From contig OY776510.1 of assembly GCA_963675665.1 (NCBI GenBank), positions 2,496,001 through 2,560,000 on the forward strand: a stretch of DNA of 64,000 bases. Direction: 5' to 3'. The stretch's first letter is position 1. Each line of letters opens with the position of its first letter. Origin of the DNA: Spirochaetia bacterium (lineage in GTDB: Bacteria; Spirochaetota; Spirochaetia; UBA9216). Shown here in pieces: positions 1 through 9,575 of the stretch. The translations under genes and the position numbers were made by a program. The notes under the pieces were generated by a model that was not told the DNA's origin, searched no databases, and saw nothing but the letters and a program-made list of their open reading frames with translations.

Positions 1-657
1 GGCAGTTATGAATGTATTCATGTTCCGCTTGTCGACAATCGCGGCCACTCGCCGGTTTTTAAAGGCGCCCTCGAAGAGATGAAATTGTGGTCCGACAGGC
101 ATCCGGAGCACATACCTGTAATCGTGATAATGGAAACAAAAGACGACTGGAGGTTTCTCGACCCCGGGCTCAGGAAGTGGAGCCCCGAAGCGCTTGCCGG
201 CGTCGATAAAATAATCTCCGGGGTTCTGGGGCAAAAGCCTATAACTCCCGATACAATCCGAGGGGCTGACGGTACTGTCCGTGGTGGGCTGATTGATAAT
301 GGCTGGCCGGAGCTTGGAAAATCGCGCGGGAAGTTTATTTTTGTATTTCATGAAAACGATGCGGACTACTTTAACGGGGAATATTTCGACAGCAGCGACC
401 GCGTCAGTTTTTTTATGGCTGATCGTGATTCGCCGGAAGCTTCTTTTATTCTCAGAAACGAACCGGGATCTGCAGATATTGCCGAATTAGTCAAAGAAGG
501 TTTTATAGTGCGGACACGGGCTGATGCCGACCTTGAGTATTCGGAAGAAAGAAAACGTCTTGCAATCGCTTCAGGAGCCCAGATTGTCTCGACTGATTTT
601 CCCAAAGGGTATGCTTCAAATGAGGAGTACAGCCTGGGGTCGGACGAGCTTTTTTAG
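1..657 (+). CDS. Ca2+-dependent PI-specific phospholipase C-like phosphodiesterase (SaPLC1-like), 5' truncated by the window edge
   Basis: Frame 1 is open from base 1 (GSYECIHVPLVDNRG...EMKLWSDRHPEHIPVIVIMETK). Motifs GWPELGKSRGKFIF, GFIVRTRAD and ASGAQIVSTDFP are typical of this family. Confidence 0.75.
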   Translation, partial: GSYECIHVPLVDNRGHSPVFKGALEEMKLWSDRHPEHIPVIVIMETKDDWRFLDPGLRKWSPEALAGVDKIISGVLGQKPITPDTIRGADGTVRGGLIDNGWPELGKSRGKFIFVFHENDADYFNGEYFDSSDRVSFFMADRDSPEASFILRNEPGSADIAELVKEGFIVRTRADADLEYSEERKRLAIASGAQIVSTDFPKGYASNEEYSLGSDELF

Positions 658-903
658 ATGCAGCACAACATATTTTGTTACAGATTCCGGTCTCCCTGAT
701 ATCTTTTTTCTTGACTCATAATTAAATACCCCGTAACATTAATAATAATATTTAATATTGTGTCGGAGTTATGGCAAAAAGTTATACAAGTTCAACAGAG
801 CAAAAAGTATATTCCGGTTCCTGAGCATCCTGCTCACCAGGCCTTATACATCTAATCATTTATCAGAGCTGTGCTGCTGACATGGTTATTGAATGGGGCA
901 ATT

Positions 904-2958
904 ATGAAAAAAAATTATCTCTTTTTAACTCTTGTTTTTTATGTTTTGTCAGTTTCAATTATTTATTCTCAACAAAATAACGGCATTCAGTTTCGTTTGA
1001 CTCCGGGCGCCGTTGTGCCTGTAGGGTCCAGCAACGGCAGGTACGGGTTGGGGTTTTCGGCGGATCTTGAATGCGACTATTATATGCCTTTTGCTCCGGT
1101 AGTATTTGCGTCCGGGGGCATCGGGTTTGAACAAAGCACGAACACTATTACCGATTCGGGGCTCTTGCTATTTTCAGCAGGAGCAGGCGGCGGAGTTAAT
1201 GTCTCGCCTGTTAACAGGTTGAATTTAAGAGCTTCCGGCAGCGGGGGATATTACCTGGGTATGTATGAAAACGAGACAGGCGGCAGCGTCTTTTTCAAGG
1301 CCGGGGCAAATTTGTCTTTTAAGTTTAATCCTTCGTTTTCTCTTGGTGTCTCCGGAGCATATCGTCACTATTTTACCGGAACCGAACCTTTTTTCCAGGG
1401 GGTGCAAACCTCTCTTGAAGTAAGTATTAATCCTTCGGGTGCAAAGAAAAAATCCAGAATTGAATATATGGATATTCATTTTGAACAGGTTTTTCCGGTG
1501 TTTCATGCATATTATTCGAAACATCCGGTGGGCACGGTTGTCATAAAAAACGGTGAGAATGCTCCAATAGAGAACGTAACCGTAAGTTTTTTTGCCGAAG
1601 AATACATGGCCAACCCGACAGTTTCAGCTAATTTCGATCGTATCCCCATGAACCGGGAACAAACCATACCACTGTTCGCGCTTTTCGGGAAAAATATTCT
1701 TGAACTGACCGAAGGAACCGAAGCTTCCGCGGAGATTATCATAGAATATGTAGTCTCGGGAACGGACATTTTAACAAGCAAATCCTGTGTCCTGCCGATA
1801 GAACGGCGAAACGCCATGACCTGGGTTGACGACAACAGGGCTGCAAGTTTTGTTACTGCAAACGATCCTGCTGTTCTCCGCTTTTCAAAACCCATAGCAG
1901 CAGCTGTGCGTGAACAAAGCGCAGCCTCGCTCAATGCCAATTTCAGATATGCTTTCGCTGTTTTTCAGGGACTTTCAGAGTACGGGATGGGATATGTAGT
2001 CGATCCGGCGACGCCTTATCAGGACCTTTCCGAAAATCGTTATTCCGTCGATTTTCTTCAGTTTCCGAATGAAACTCTTACCTATCGTTCCGGCGATTGC
2101 GACGATCTTTCAATCATGTACGCGGCGCTGCTGCAGTCGATAAATATCGATACAGCCTTCGTTACCGTTCCCGGCCATATTTTTATTGCTTTTTCGCTTG
2201 ATATCCCTCCCGAAGAAGGACGGAAGATGTTTTCCAACCCCGATAATTTGATTTTCATGAATGATAATACATGGGTGCCTGTTGAAATCACAATGTTCGG
2301 GGACGATTTTATAAAGGCCTGGCATTACGCGGCGCGTGAATGGAGGGCGGATGCCCCGGAAAATGCCGGGTTTTTCCCGGTGCGCGAGGCATGGAATATA
2401 TACCGGCCTGTGGATTCGCCTTTCAATGATGCTGATATAGATTTTCCCGATACAGGCGATGTCCTTTTATCGTATGAAAAGCATCTTGAAGCCTTTATCA
2501 GAAACGATATTGAAGGCAGAAAAGAAGCCCTTGAGAAAAAAATCTCGCAGAGCAATAACAGTCCCCGTCAGGTTAATCGTCTCGGGGTCCTTTATGCGAG
2601 ATACGGGCTGATTGATGATGCGGTGGAAAATTTTCAGCTGGCCGCTGCTGAAGATTATGCCCCCGCAATTATTAACCTGGGCAATATTTTTCTTCTTAAG
2701 GAAGAATATGCGGAAGCCGCAGTTTTTTTTGAAAGAGCGGACAGGCTGTTTCCGGAAAACCCCAATGTCGTTCTCGGGCTTGCCCGCGTGAATTATGAGC
2801 TGGAAGATTACAGTGAAGTAAAAATCAGATACGAAAAGCTGGCAGAGCTCGATCCGCTGCTTGCGGAGGAATATTCCTACCTGACAACAGCTTCAGAATC
2901 AACATCACGAGCCGGATTTAACGAAGAAAGGAGGGCCCCGCTATGGTCCGAAGAATAA
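904..2958 (+). CDS. Secreted/outer-membrane protein: N-terminal beta-barrel-like region, transglutaminase-like domain, C-terminal TPRs
   Basis: Signal peptide from ATG 904 (MKKNYLFLTL...). Gly/aromatic-rich beta strands, then GDCDD...PGHIF...WVPVEIT (Cys-His-acidic triad), then TPR-like NRLGVLYARYG and INLGNIFLL. Confidence 0.7.
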   Translation: MKKNYLFLTLVFYVLSVSIIYSQQNNGIQFRLTPGAVVPVGSSNGRYGLGFSADLECDYYMPFAPVVFASGGIGFEQSTNTITDSGLLLFSAGAGGGVNVSPVNRLNLRASGSGGYYLGMYENETGGSVFFKAGANLSFKFNPSFSLGVSGAYRHYFTGTEPFFQGVQTSLEVSINPSGAKKKSRIEYMDIHFEQVFPVFHAYYSKHPVGTVVIKNGENAPIENVTVSFFAEEYMANPTVSANFDRIPMNREQTIPLFALFGKNILELTEGTEASAEIIIEYVVSGTDILTSKSCVLPIERRNAMTWVDDNRAASFVTANDPAVLRFSKPIAAAVREQSAASLNANFRYAFAVFQGLSEYGMGYVVDPATPYQDLSENRYSVDFLQFPNETLTYRSGDCDDLSIMYAALLQSINIDTAFVTVPGHIFIAFSLDIPPEEGRKMFSNPDNLIFMNDNTWVPVEITMFGDDFIKAWHYAAREWRADAPENAGFFPVREAWNIYRPVDSPFNDADIDFPDTGDVLLSYEKHLEAFIRNDIEGRKEALEKKISQSNNSPRQVNRLGVLYARYGLIDDAVENFQLAAAEDYAPAIINLGNIFLLKEEYAEAAVFFERADRLFPENPNVVLGLARVNYELEDYSEVKIRYEKLAELDPLLAEEYSYLTTASESTSRAGFNEERRAPLWSEE

Positions 2959-4946
2959 TATCAGTAATATTTCCGGTTTTATTTTCTGTCATTATTATTG
3001 TTTCCGCCTGCGATAATCCTCTGGACAGGATTATTAAGGAGGACGAACAGCGTCACCTGGATACGGTTCCTCCCGTTATAACCGAGTTTGCTCTTACGAG
3101 CGAAAACCCGGCAACAAGCCGCAATATAACCTTTACACTGGCCGGCAGCGATGATGTTTCCGGTGTTGCTGGATGGCTTGTAAATGAAACCGGGGCAGCG
3201 CCCGACGCCACAGCCGGCAGCTGGCTTACTGAGCTTCCTTCCGCTTACCAGCTGTCCGACGGCGACGGAGATAAAACCGTATATGCGTGGGCCAAAGACG
3301 GGGCGGGAAACGTAAGCGAGCCCGCATCATTTACGCTTGTGCTTTATACGGCCGGCCCGTCTACAAGCTTTTCACTAACAAGCGCTACCCCGACTGGCAA
3401 CCCGGCAATCACGTTCGATCTCAGCGGCGACGGAAACGTTACGGGATGGTATATCAGCGAAAGCTCCGACGCCCCGGACCCGGGCGGCGCCGGATGGACG
3501 GGAACAGCTCCTTCTGATTACACCTTTTCCGCTGAACAGGGCGTCCGGACACTGTACGCCTGGGCTAAAAACGCTGGAGGCATTCTGAGTGTACGGCGTT
3601 CGATTCAGGTAGAGATATATGTAGCGCCGCCGACTACGGCGATTGCCGCCGATTCGGTTATAACCGGCCATGAAAAAATAATTCTGACCTTTTCCGAAAC
3701 AATGAAGAATACAAGCGAATCCTTCGGCGGCACAATCGGCACGGCGGCAGGTTCATGGGAGACCTCCGTGCATACCGACGACCGGCTTGTGGTTTCCGCT
3801 TCCGGACTATGGATTGCCGGAGACGACATGGTCCTGATCGTAGACTGTGAAAACCAGTACGGCGTACCGATAGACACCTTCAGCATCAGCTATGATGTTT
3901 TTAACGGGACATGCGCCGATTCTTCAGCGGCTCCGGGAGGCGACGGCACGGTGAGCCTGCCTTTTGATGCTATTCAGGATGCCGTAGACGGGGCGGACAG
4001 TCTCTATGTAACGCCTGCCAACGGGATTGATACCGCCGAAGTTCGCGTCGCGGGAGGGACCTATGCGGCAGCCGGGCCTGTTGTAACAATGGCCGACGGA
4101 ATTTCGGTATTGGGACGCTGGTCCGGTGATTTCGGCACCAGAAGCGAAAGCCTGTATACAACAACGATAAGCGACACAAGAACAAGCGGCGGCGGTTATC
4201 ATAATCCTGTTGCCGCGGTACTTTCATCTGTTGTCTATAGTCAGCCGACCGAGCTTTCCCGCTTTACAATTGAGATTCCGGAAGTGACAGGAGGGGCAGA
4301 CTGCGCCGGTGCCGGAATCAGAATAGAGAATGCAGACAGCAACCTGACTCTTGCCGATATTACGGTTACAAACCAGGGTAATTCAACATATCCGGAATGG
4401 TCCTACGGTATTTTTATTGATACCTGCGCGGCAGTCTCGATTACCGGATGCTTCGTCGAACCGGATGATACTAACCAGTCCTCATTCGGACTGCTCTCGC
4501 TGGACTCAACCGCAATTATCCATGATTGTGAGATTTACAGCGGCGATGCCGGGCACAGTTCCTCCGCCAGTTCCTACGCCGTCAGGACGAATTCAAGCCT
4601 TACCGTTACCGGAAACAGCGCCGCTGATCGCGCGTTAATTTATGCCGGAACATCCACTTACAGATCATACGGGATATACAGTACTTCAACCGCTGCTCCT
4701 GTTATACAGTATGTTCTGTTTGATTCGCCGAGCGGTACGGCTTACTATCTGTACGAGAACAGCTCAACCTCAAGCCCGGCGATTTTTTCTGATAATTATT
4801 TCGGTACGCAGGCCGGAGTCTGGTACACCGACAATGATCTCGGCACCGATGTCAGGTACAATACATTCTCTTCAAATAACGTATCGATAGGCGGGGTCAC
4901 CGATAAATTGAGTTACTGGAACAACGATGGTGTAAACGCACAATAA
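2943..4946 (+). CDS. Surface lipoprotein with two Ig-like repeats and a C-terminal parallel beta-helix region
   Basis: Lipobox-like IIIVSA-C. Two ~90 aa repeats ending in KTVYAWAKDGAGN and RTLYAWAKNAGG. GDGTVSLPFDAIQDAV and VRVAGGTY open the beta-helix, followed by SYGI-type repeats. Confidence 0.7.
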   Translation: MVRRIISVIFPVLFSVIIIVSACDNPLDRIIKEDEQRHLDTVPPVITEFALTSENPATSRNITFTLAGSDDVSGVAGWLVNETGAAPDATAGSWLTELPSAYQLSDGDGDKTVYAWAKDGAGNVSEPASFTLVLYTAGPSTSFSLTSATPTGNPAITFDLSGDGNVTGWYISESSDAPDPGGAGWTGTAPSDYTFSAEQGVRTLYAWAKNAGGILSVRRSIQVEIYVAPPTTAIAADSVITGHEKIILTFSETMKNTSESFGGTIGTAAGSWETSVHTDDRLVVSASGLWIAGDDMVLIVDCENQYGVPIDTFSISYDVFNGTCADSSAAPGGDGTVSLPFDAIQDAVDGADSLYVTPANGIDTAEVRVAGGTYAAAGPVVTMADGISVLGRWSGDFGTRSESLYTTTISDTRTSGGGYHNPVAAVLSSVVYSQPTELSRFTIEIPEVTGGADCAGAGIRIENADSNLTLADITVTNQGNSTYPEWSYGIFIDTCAAVSITGCFVEPDDTNQSSFGLLSLDSTAIIHDCEIYSGDAGHSSSASSYAVRTNSSLTVTGNSAADRALIYAGTSTYRSYGIYSTSTAAPVIQYVLFDSPSGTAYYLYENSSTSSPAIFSDNYFGTQAGVWYTDNDLGTDVRYNTFSSNNVSIGGVTDKLSYWNNDGVNAQ

Positions 4947-4962
4947 TAAAAAGGGGAAGATA

Positions 4963-7900
4963 ATGAAAACAGGAGAAACATTCGACTATAAAGGAGCCTT
5001 GAAGACCCCGGGTCTATTTAATCCGGATGATACACGGGTGCCGGTGGATTTCAGCGGCAAGGTGGGGCTGCTGCTGTTTACCGACAACAGCATAGGCGAT
5101 TCATGGCAGGGCAGGCTTGATTCGATCTGGTCCGAAATGGAGACATTTCTTATAAATGAAAATATTGCGTCGGATGACGCCGATGTCAAGAACCATTTTC
5201 GTCTGACAGCTGTTGTCACAAACCACGGCGGCTCGTCTTCGATACCAATCTCGGCTGACTACGATGTGCTGCTTGATGCAGACGGGTTGGGTGATCTGTA
5301 CCGGGCGGAATTCCTGAACGCGACCGACGACTCTTTTCCGCTGAACGCTCTTGCCGGTGTCGGCAGCAGCCTGTGGGGTTTTATCATCGACAGCAACGAT
5401 ACCCTGGCCGACAAGTGGCATGACCTGGGAAATACGCAGACTGCCGGAGCCGATACTCCATCTGACCCGACTGATGATGTTTTTTCAAATGAGCCGATTT
5501 CGTTCCATCACCTTTCCCCGGCCGGATACACCGGTTTCGACAGCGCTGATTATGACAATGTTAAAGCCTATGTTCTGGAGCGTCTTAAAAACCTTTTCAG
5601 GGACCCTTATGTTATTTCAGCTGATCCCGCTATAGGCAGCGCGAATATCACCGTCGCTGATCTTTCTACCGTCAGAATCAGGTTTTCGCGTCCTCTGCTG
5701 CCGGCGGAACTCAAAGATTCCGGCAATTATTCAACCGGCGGTGGCGGCGGAACCGGGTTGCAGATCAACAGCGCGGATTACAATAATTCAGGCTTGTCTT
5801 CTGTTGATCAAATTAATGTAGGAGAAATTGAAAATGAAGTGACGCTCGGAATAACCAGGCCGGCCGGGCCTCCCCTCGACGCAGGAACAGTGCGTATTGA
5901 CCTTGATACCGCCGCATTGCTTACTCACGACACAAAAGGAATAACACCCAATATTGACACAAAGTATGCAGTAACTTTCAACGGCCCCGAAATCGTTCAT
6001 TCAGGGATCGTTCCGCCAGGGTCCAGTCCGCTGAATACACACACGTCGAATATGTACGGTAACCTCGAATTCAAGGTTCCTTTTACCGATGAGGTTTTTT
6101 CACAGCCTGTATCCTCTCCGACAGTTCCCGTAACAGGCGCGCTCACGACGGACGATGTCTCCGAGACTGTTTCAGGCGGCATAACCGGGTTTGTTTCAGC
6201 TGCGGCAGCGCCGGCAGCAAGCGGAGAGGCTGCCGCCCCAAATAAGCAGTATACGGTTACCCTGAATTCAGCTGGCTGGGGCGGCACCGGAACATTGCAG
6301 TTTACTTTGGGTACGAATTCGAATGCCGTGATTACCAACCGCTTCGGAAATGAGCTTCGCGGCGTAAAGAATTTCTCTTATACCCTGGACCTTGATCCAC
6401 CCGAGGCATCGATTCTTTATCCGTTAAACGGAGCGGTTGTGAATAACGTGACTGTAAGAGTCAGCGTAACGGGGGCCGCGGAGAAAAGGCTGATAATAAA
6501 CGGCCAGAGTACTGTTTTGGGCGGAGATTCCATAAATCTTTATGGTGTGACGGGTTACGGTTCGGTTGCTGACGGCACGACCTTTACCCTGATCTTGGAA
6601 GCGGTTGACGCGAACGGAAACAAAAAAACGGATTCAATCGAATTGACGAAAAATACCCTCACGGCGGAAGACCAGCAGCCCTACCATATTGTATATGTTG
6701 TAGACAAATCCGGAAGCATGAACTCAAACGCGACATACGGAAACCCGTCGGTAACAAAGCATAAAGCTGTCTGGGTGAGAGAAGCCCTCGACGCTGTTGT
6801 GCCTGATCTTATCGCCGAGTTTGGAACGCCCGGCGATCGCTACGGTGTGGTGCTTTATTCGAAAAATGCAATTACCGCGCTGGCGCTTACCCCGAAGCAG
6901 GATTTGGCCGTTAATCAGAATATTTTCTCCGATGCACTGGATGAAAATCCATTGAGCTCAACAACGGCGATGGGAGCAGGATTGTCAAGAGCCCTGGATT
7001 TGTTGAGTTATACCGTTCCGAACAATAACTACTTCGGCCGCCGGGCAATAGTGTTCTTTGCCGATGGCCAGCAAAACGTGCCGCCGTATGTAACCTTTAA
7101 CAGTACTGATAATCCCGACAGCCTGTCTGTCGAAACGGCAGGTACCGGCTCCGGGTGTCCTTCGAACATGGGAACAATAAATATCCCCGGAGGAGCTGAT
7201 ATCCCGGTACATACAATGGGGATCGGGTTCCAGGGCGACTGGCTGACTACGCTGGAAAATATTTCGTCGGTTTCCGGCGGCAGCGAATACTGCAGCGTTC
7301 AAATCTGGCCTGAAATAAGTGCGTCGTTAAACAGTATTCTTCCTGATCTTTTCCCGTCGTCAAGCCCGCAGATAGTAAGAAATGAATCGGAACATCTCGG
7401 CAGCAACGGCCGCGGAGAAATCCTTTTCCCGCTGAATACTACAGTATCAAAGATTGCATTTTATCTGGAATGGCCGGGGGGGAAGTCGCTTGATTTGACT
7501 CTAAAAAAAGGCAATACCAGGATTAGTTTCGACAGGATTATCAGAAAAGAAAGGTCGGTAATATGTATTGTTGAATTTCCTCATTATCAGCTTAAAACAT
7601 GGAGCGAAGGAGATTTAACTTATACCGATGAACGGGCGGAATCTCCACTTTCCCGGGTAATCAGGAAATCGAAACCGCGGTTTCGAAACAACGGCCGGTT
7701 TGTCGATCCTTCGGATATAGCATCGGCGTTTAAGTATTCGGTTCTACCCAGGGGTGATTGGTCCGTATCGGTTTTTTCGCCGGAGGATGGCGCCGCCGCG
7801 GCCGGCAGATCATATCTTCTGACTGTAATTGCCGATGAGAAAGATTATTATTATCAGCTTCAGTTGGGAGGTTTGCCGGTATTCGCGGGCAACCCCTTTG

Positions 7901-8556
7901 ATATATCGATCCTGCTGGCTAGAAAAAAAGAGCTGCCTCCTGTAGATCCGGATATACAGATCAAGGTTAAATCTCCGGCTGAGGCCCTGACCAATATAAT
8001 TTCGGGTTACAAACCTTTGCATGCGCCCGTAATCCCCGGAGACGCTGTAAGCGGCGGAACCGGAAAAATGAATGCAAAAGTGGAAAAACTGCTTTCGGAA
8101 CCGGGGTTGCTGAAAGGTTTAAAGCTTAAAGAAAGTTTTTCTCTTTCGCTGAAGCAAACCAAAGCGAACCTGATGAGCGGGGTAGTGACCGGGCTGACAA
8201 CTCAGGGGTATCATAAAGCCAGGGTGATAATAAGACATGAAGACAAAAAGAACGGGGTATACGAAAGAGTGGTCGATCGCCCCGTGAAGATTAATGTACG
8301 TCCTGATTATGATCATTCCGATATAAAAATTATAAAAGACGGGAAATACTATAATATTAATGTCCGCCCGGCAGATCAGTACGGAAATTTATTGGGACCC
8401 GGTTTCGGCGGCAGCTTTCCAAAGTACTTTCTTGGGTACAGGATTATAAATGTCAATGACCGCCTGGACGGATCATACACCCTTAAGGCTTCCAGATTTG
8501 TCAAAGATATTGAGAAACCTGATGCAGAGAAGATTTTTCGTTTATTGTTTTCATAA
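4963..8556 (+). CDS. Large VWA-domain protein with Ig-like domains and an N-terminal Cys-less thioredoxin/peroxiredoxin-like region
   Basis: MIDAS motif VVDKSGSM...TAMGAGL...FFADGQQN; Ser/Thr/Gly-rich beta domains; SD-like aggggaag upstream. Confidence 0.7.
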   Translation: MKTGETFDYKGALKTPGLFNPDDTRVPVDFSGKVGLLLFTDNSIGDSWQGRLDSIWSEMETFLINENIASDDADVKNHFRLTAVVTNHGGSSSIPISADYDVLLDADGLGDLYRAEFLNATDDSFPLNALAGVGSSLWGFIIDSNDTLADKWHDLGNTQTAGADTPSDPTDDVFSNEPISFHHLSPAGYTGFDSADYDNVKAYVLERLKNLFRDPYVISADPAIGSANITVADLSTVRIRFSRPLLPAELKDSGNYSTGGGGGTGLQINSADYNNSGLSSVDQINVGEIENEVTLGITRPAGPPLDAGTVRIDLDTAALLTHDTKGITPNIDTKYAVTFNGPEIVHSGIVPPGSSPLNTHTSNMYGNLEFKVPFTDEVFSQPVSSPTVPVTGALTTDDVSETVSGGITGFVSAAAAPAASGEAAAPNKQYTVTLNSAGWGGTGTLQFTLGTNSNAVITNRFGNELRGVKNFSYTLDLDPPEASILYPLNGAVVNNVTVRVSVTGAAEKRLIINGQSTVLGGDSINLYGVTGYGSVADGTTFTLILEAVDANGNKKTDSIELTKNTLTAEDQQPYHIVYVVDKSGSMNSNATYGNPSVTKHKAVWVREALDAVVPDLIAEFGTPGDRYGVVLYSKNAITALALTPKQDLAVNQNIFSDALDENPLSSTTAMGAGLSRALDLLSYTVPNNNYFGRRAIVFFADGQQNVPPYVTFNSTDNPDSLSVETAGTGSGCPSNMGTINIPGGADIPVHTMGIGFQGDWLTTLENISSVSGGSEYCSVQIWPEISASLNSILPDLFPSSSPQIVRNESEHLGSNGRGEILFPLNTTVSKIAFYLEWPGGKSLDLTLKKGNTRISFDRIIRKERSVICIVEFPHYQLKTWSEGDLTYTDERAESPLSRVIRKSKPRFRNNGRFVDPSDIASAFKYSVLPRGDWSVSVFSPEDGAAAAGRSYLLTVIADEKDYYYQLQLGGLPVFAGNPFDISILLARKKELPPVDPDIQIKVKSPAEALTNIISGYKPLHAPVIPGDAVSGGTGKMNAKVEKLLSEPGLLKGLKLKESFSLSLKQTKANLMSGVVTGLTTQGYHKARVIIRHEDKKNGVYERVVDRPVKINVRPDYDHSDIKIIKDGKYYNINVRPADQYGNLLGPGFGGSFPKYFLGYRIINVNDRLDGSYTLKASRFVKDIEKPDAEKIFRLLFS

Positions 8557-8607
8557 ATTTTTTGTCGACAGGATCGGCCAAAGATTGTTCTTTAAATGAA
8601 ACCCGTA

Positions 8608-8868
8608 TCAGATTCCCATATTGCTGAGGACCGTTGCAATTCGGTTGAGTATTTCGGTTGCTGAAGGATGTTCCGTTTCCAGGTGTTCAATATTTTTTTG
8701 AATTCCTGCAACAAGATCATCGTTATTCGGTTCATCCGAATCGATAGTCTGTTCCATGTTGTCGACCAGTTGCTGCAGCCTTACTGCTGTTTCAGGAGCC
8801 TCGTCCTGAAGTCTGCTGATTTCGTCTTTCAGTTCTTCAATGTTTTTTTTCAGGTTTTCTGTGTCCAT
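8608..8868 (-). CDS. DUF4404 family small helical protein
   Basis: C-terminal ETEHPSATEILNRIATVLSNMGI is typical of the family. Start placed at MDTEN (8868). Confidence 0.75.
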   Translation of the reverse strand: MDTENLKKNIEELKDEISRLQDEAPETAVRLQQLVDNMEQTIDSDEPNNDDLVAGIQKNIEHLETEHPSATEILNRIATVLSNMGI

Positions 8869-8951
8869 ACTTATAAGATAATGTAAACATCCTGATATTG
8901 CCAACTTTTTCAGATGATTTTAGCCGAGAAAGATCGCCCGGTTAAATAAAC

Positions 8952-9395
8952 TCAGTTATATGCTTCCATTATTTTTTTATCCTCTTCCATCAATGGACTG
9001 CATATTTCAGCCATATTCATTGAATCCCAGCTTGAGAGCTTTTTATGAGTATCATAATATTTAAGCGGTATGGGATGAGTACCGATTACCACAGGTATTT
9101 TATAACGGGTTTCAACGAAGTCTTTCAGTTCCTTGATATACGGGCAGGGCGGATAGCCGACAACCATACCAGTTGCGAAATGAATTACTTCGGCGCCGTT
9201 TTTAATCATTTCTTCCGGGACGTATTCAATATTTCCGCCGGGGCAGCCTCCGCAGTTTGAATAGCCGACCAGCTCAAGTGTTTCATCGTCAGGATACCTT
9301 GCGAATCCCCCGGTATGTTCTTTCATTGCCCTGAGACATTTTCCGCCGCCGCAGGTTATATAACGGCTGCAAATTATTATTCCGGCTTTTATCAT
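8952..9395 (-). CDS. CGGC domain metal-binding protein
   Basis: Motifs IIICS, CGGGKC, NCGGCPG, YPPCP and VVIGTH; SD aggag. Confidence 0.85.
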   Translation of the reverse strand: MIKAGIIICSRYITCGGGKCLRAMKEHTGGFARYPDDETLELVGYSNCGGCPGGNIEYVPEEMIKNGAEVIHFATGMVVGYPPCPYIKELKDFVETRYKIPVVIGTHPIPLKYYDTHKKLSSWDSMNMAEICSPLMEEDKKIMEAYN

Positions 9396-9540
9396 TATCT
9401 GCTCCTTTTGATGAATGTTTCCGCCATATTGTAGATCCTGTTTTCGTTTCAGTCTACTTAAAAAATAATCCGTTGTGGGTGTAAATATTATGAAATAAAA
9501 GACGGTAATAAAGCAATATATTAATTAATACCGGGTAATA

Positions 9541-9569
9541 TTGACATGTTGAATATTATGGTATAAAAT
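9541..9569 (+). promoter_or_regulatory. Sigma70-type promoter, likely giving a leaderless transcript
   Basis: TTGACA (9541)-N17-TAAAAT (9564). ATG lies 6 nt downstream with no SD. Confidence 0.6.
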
Positions 9570-9575
9570 ACTGTC

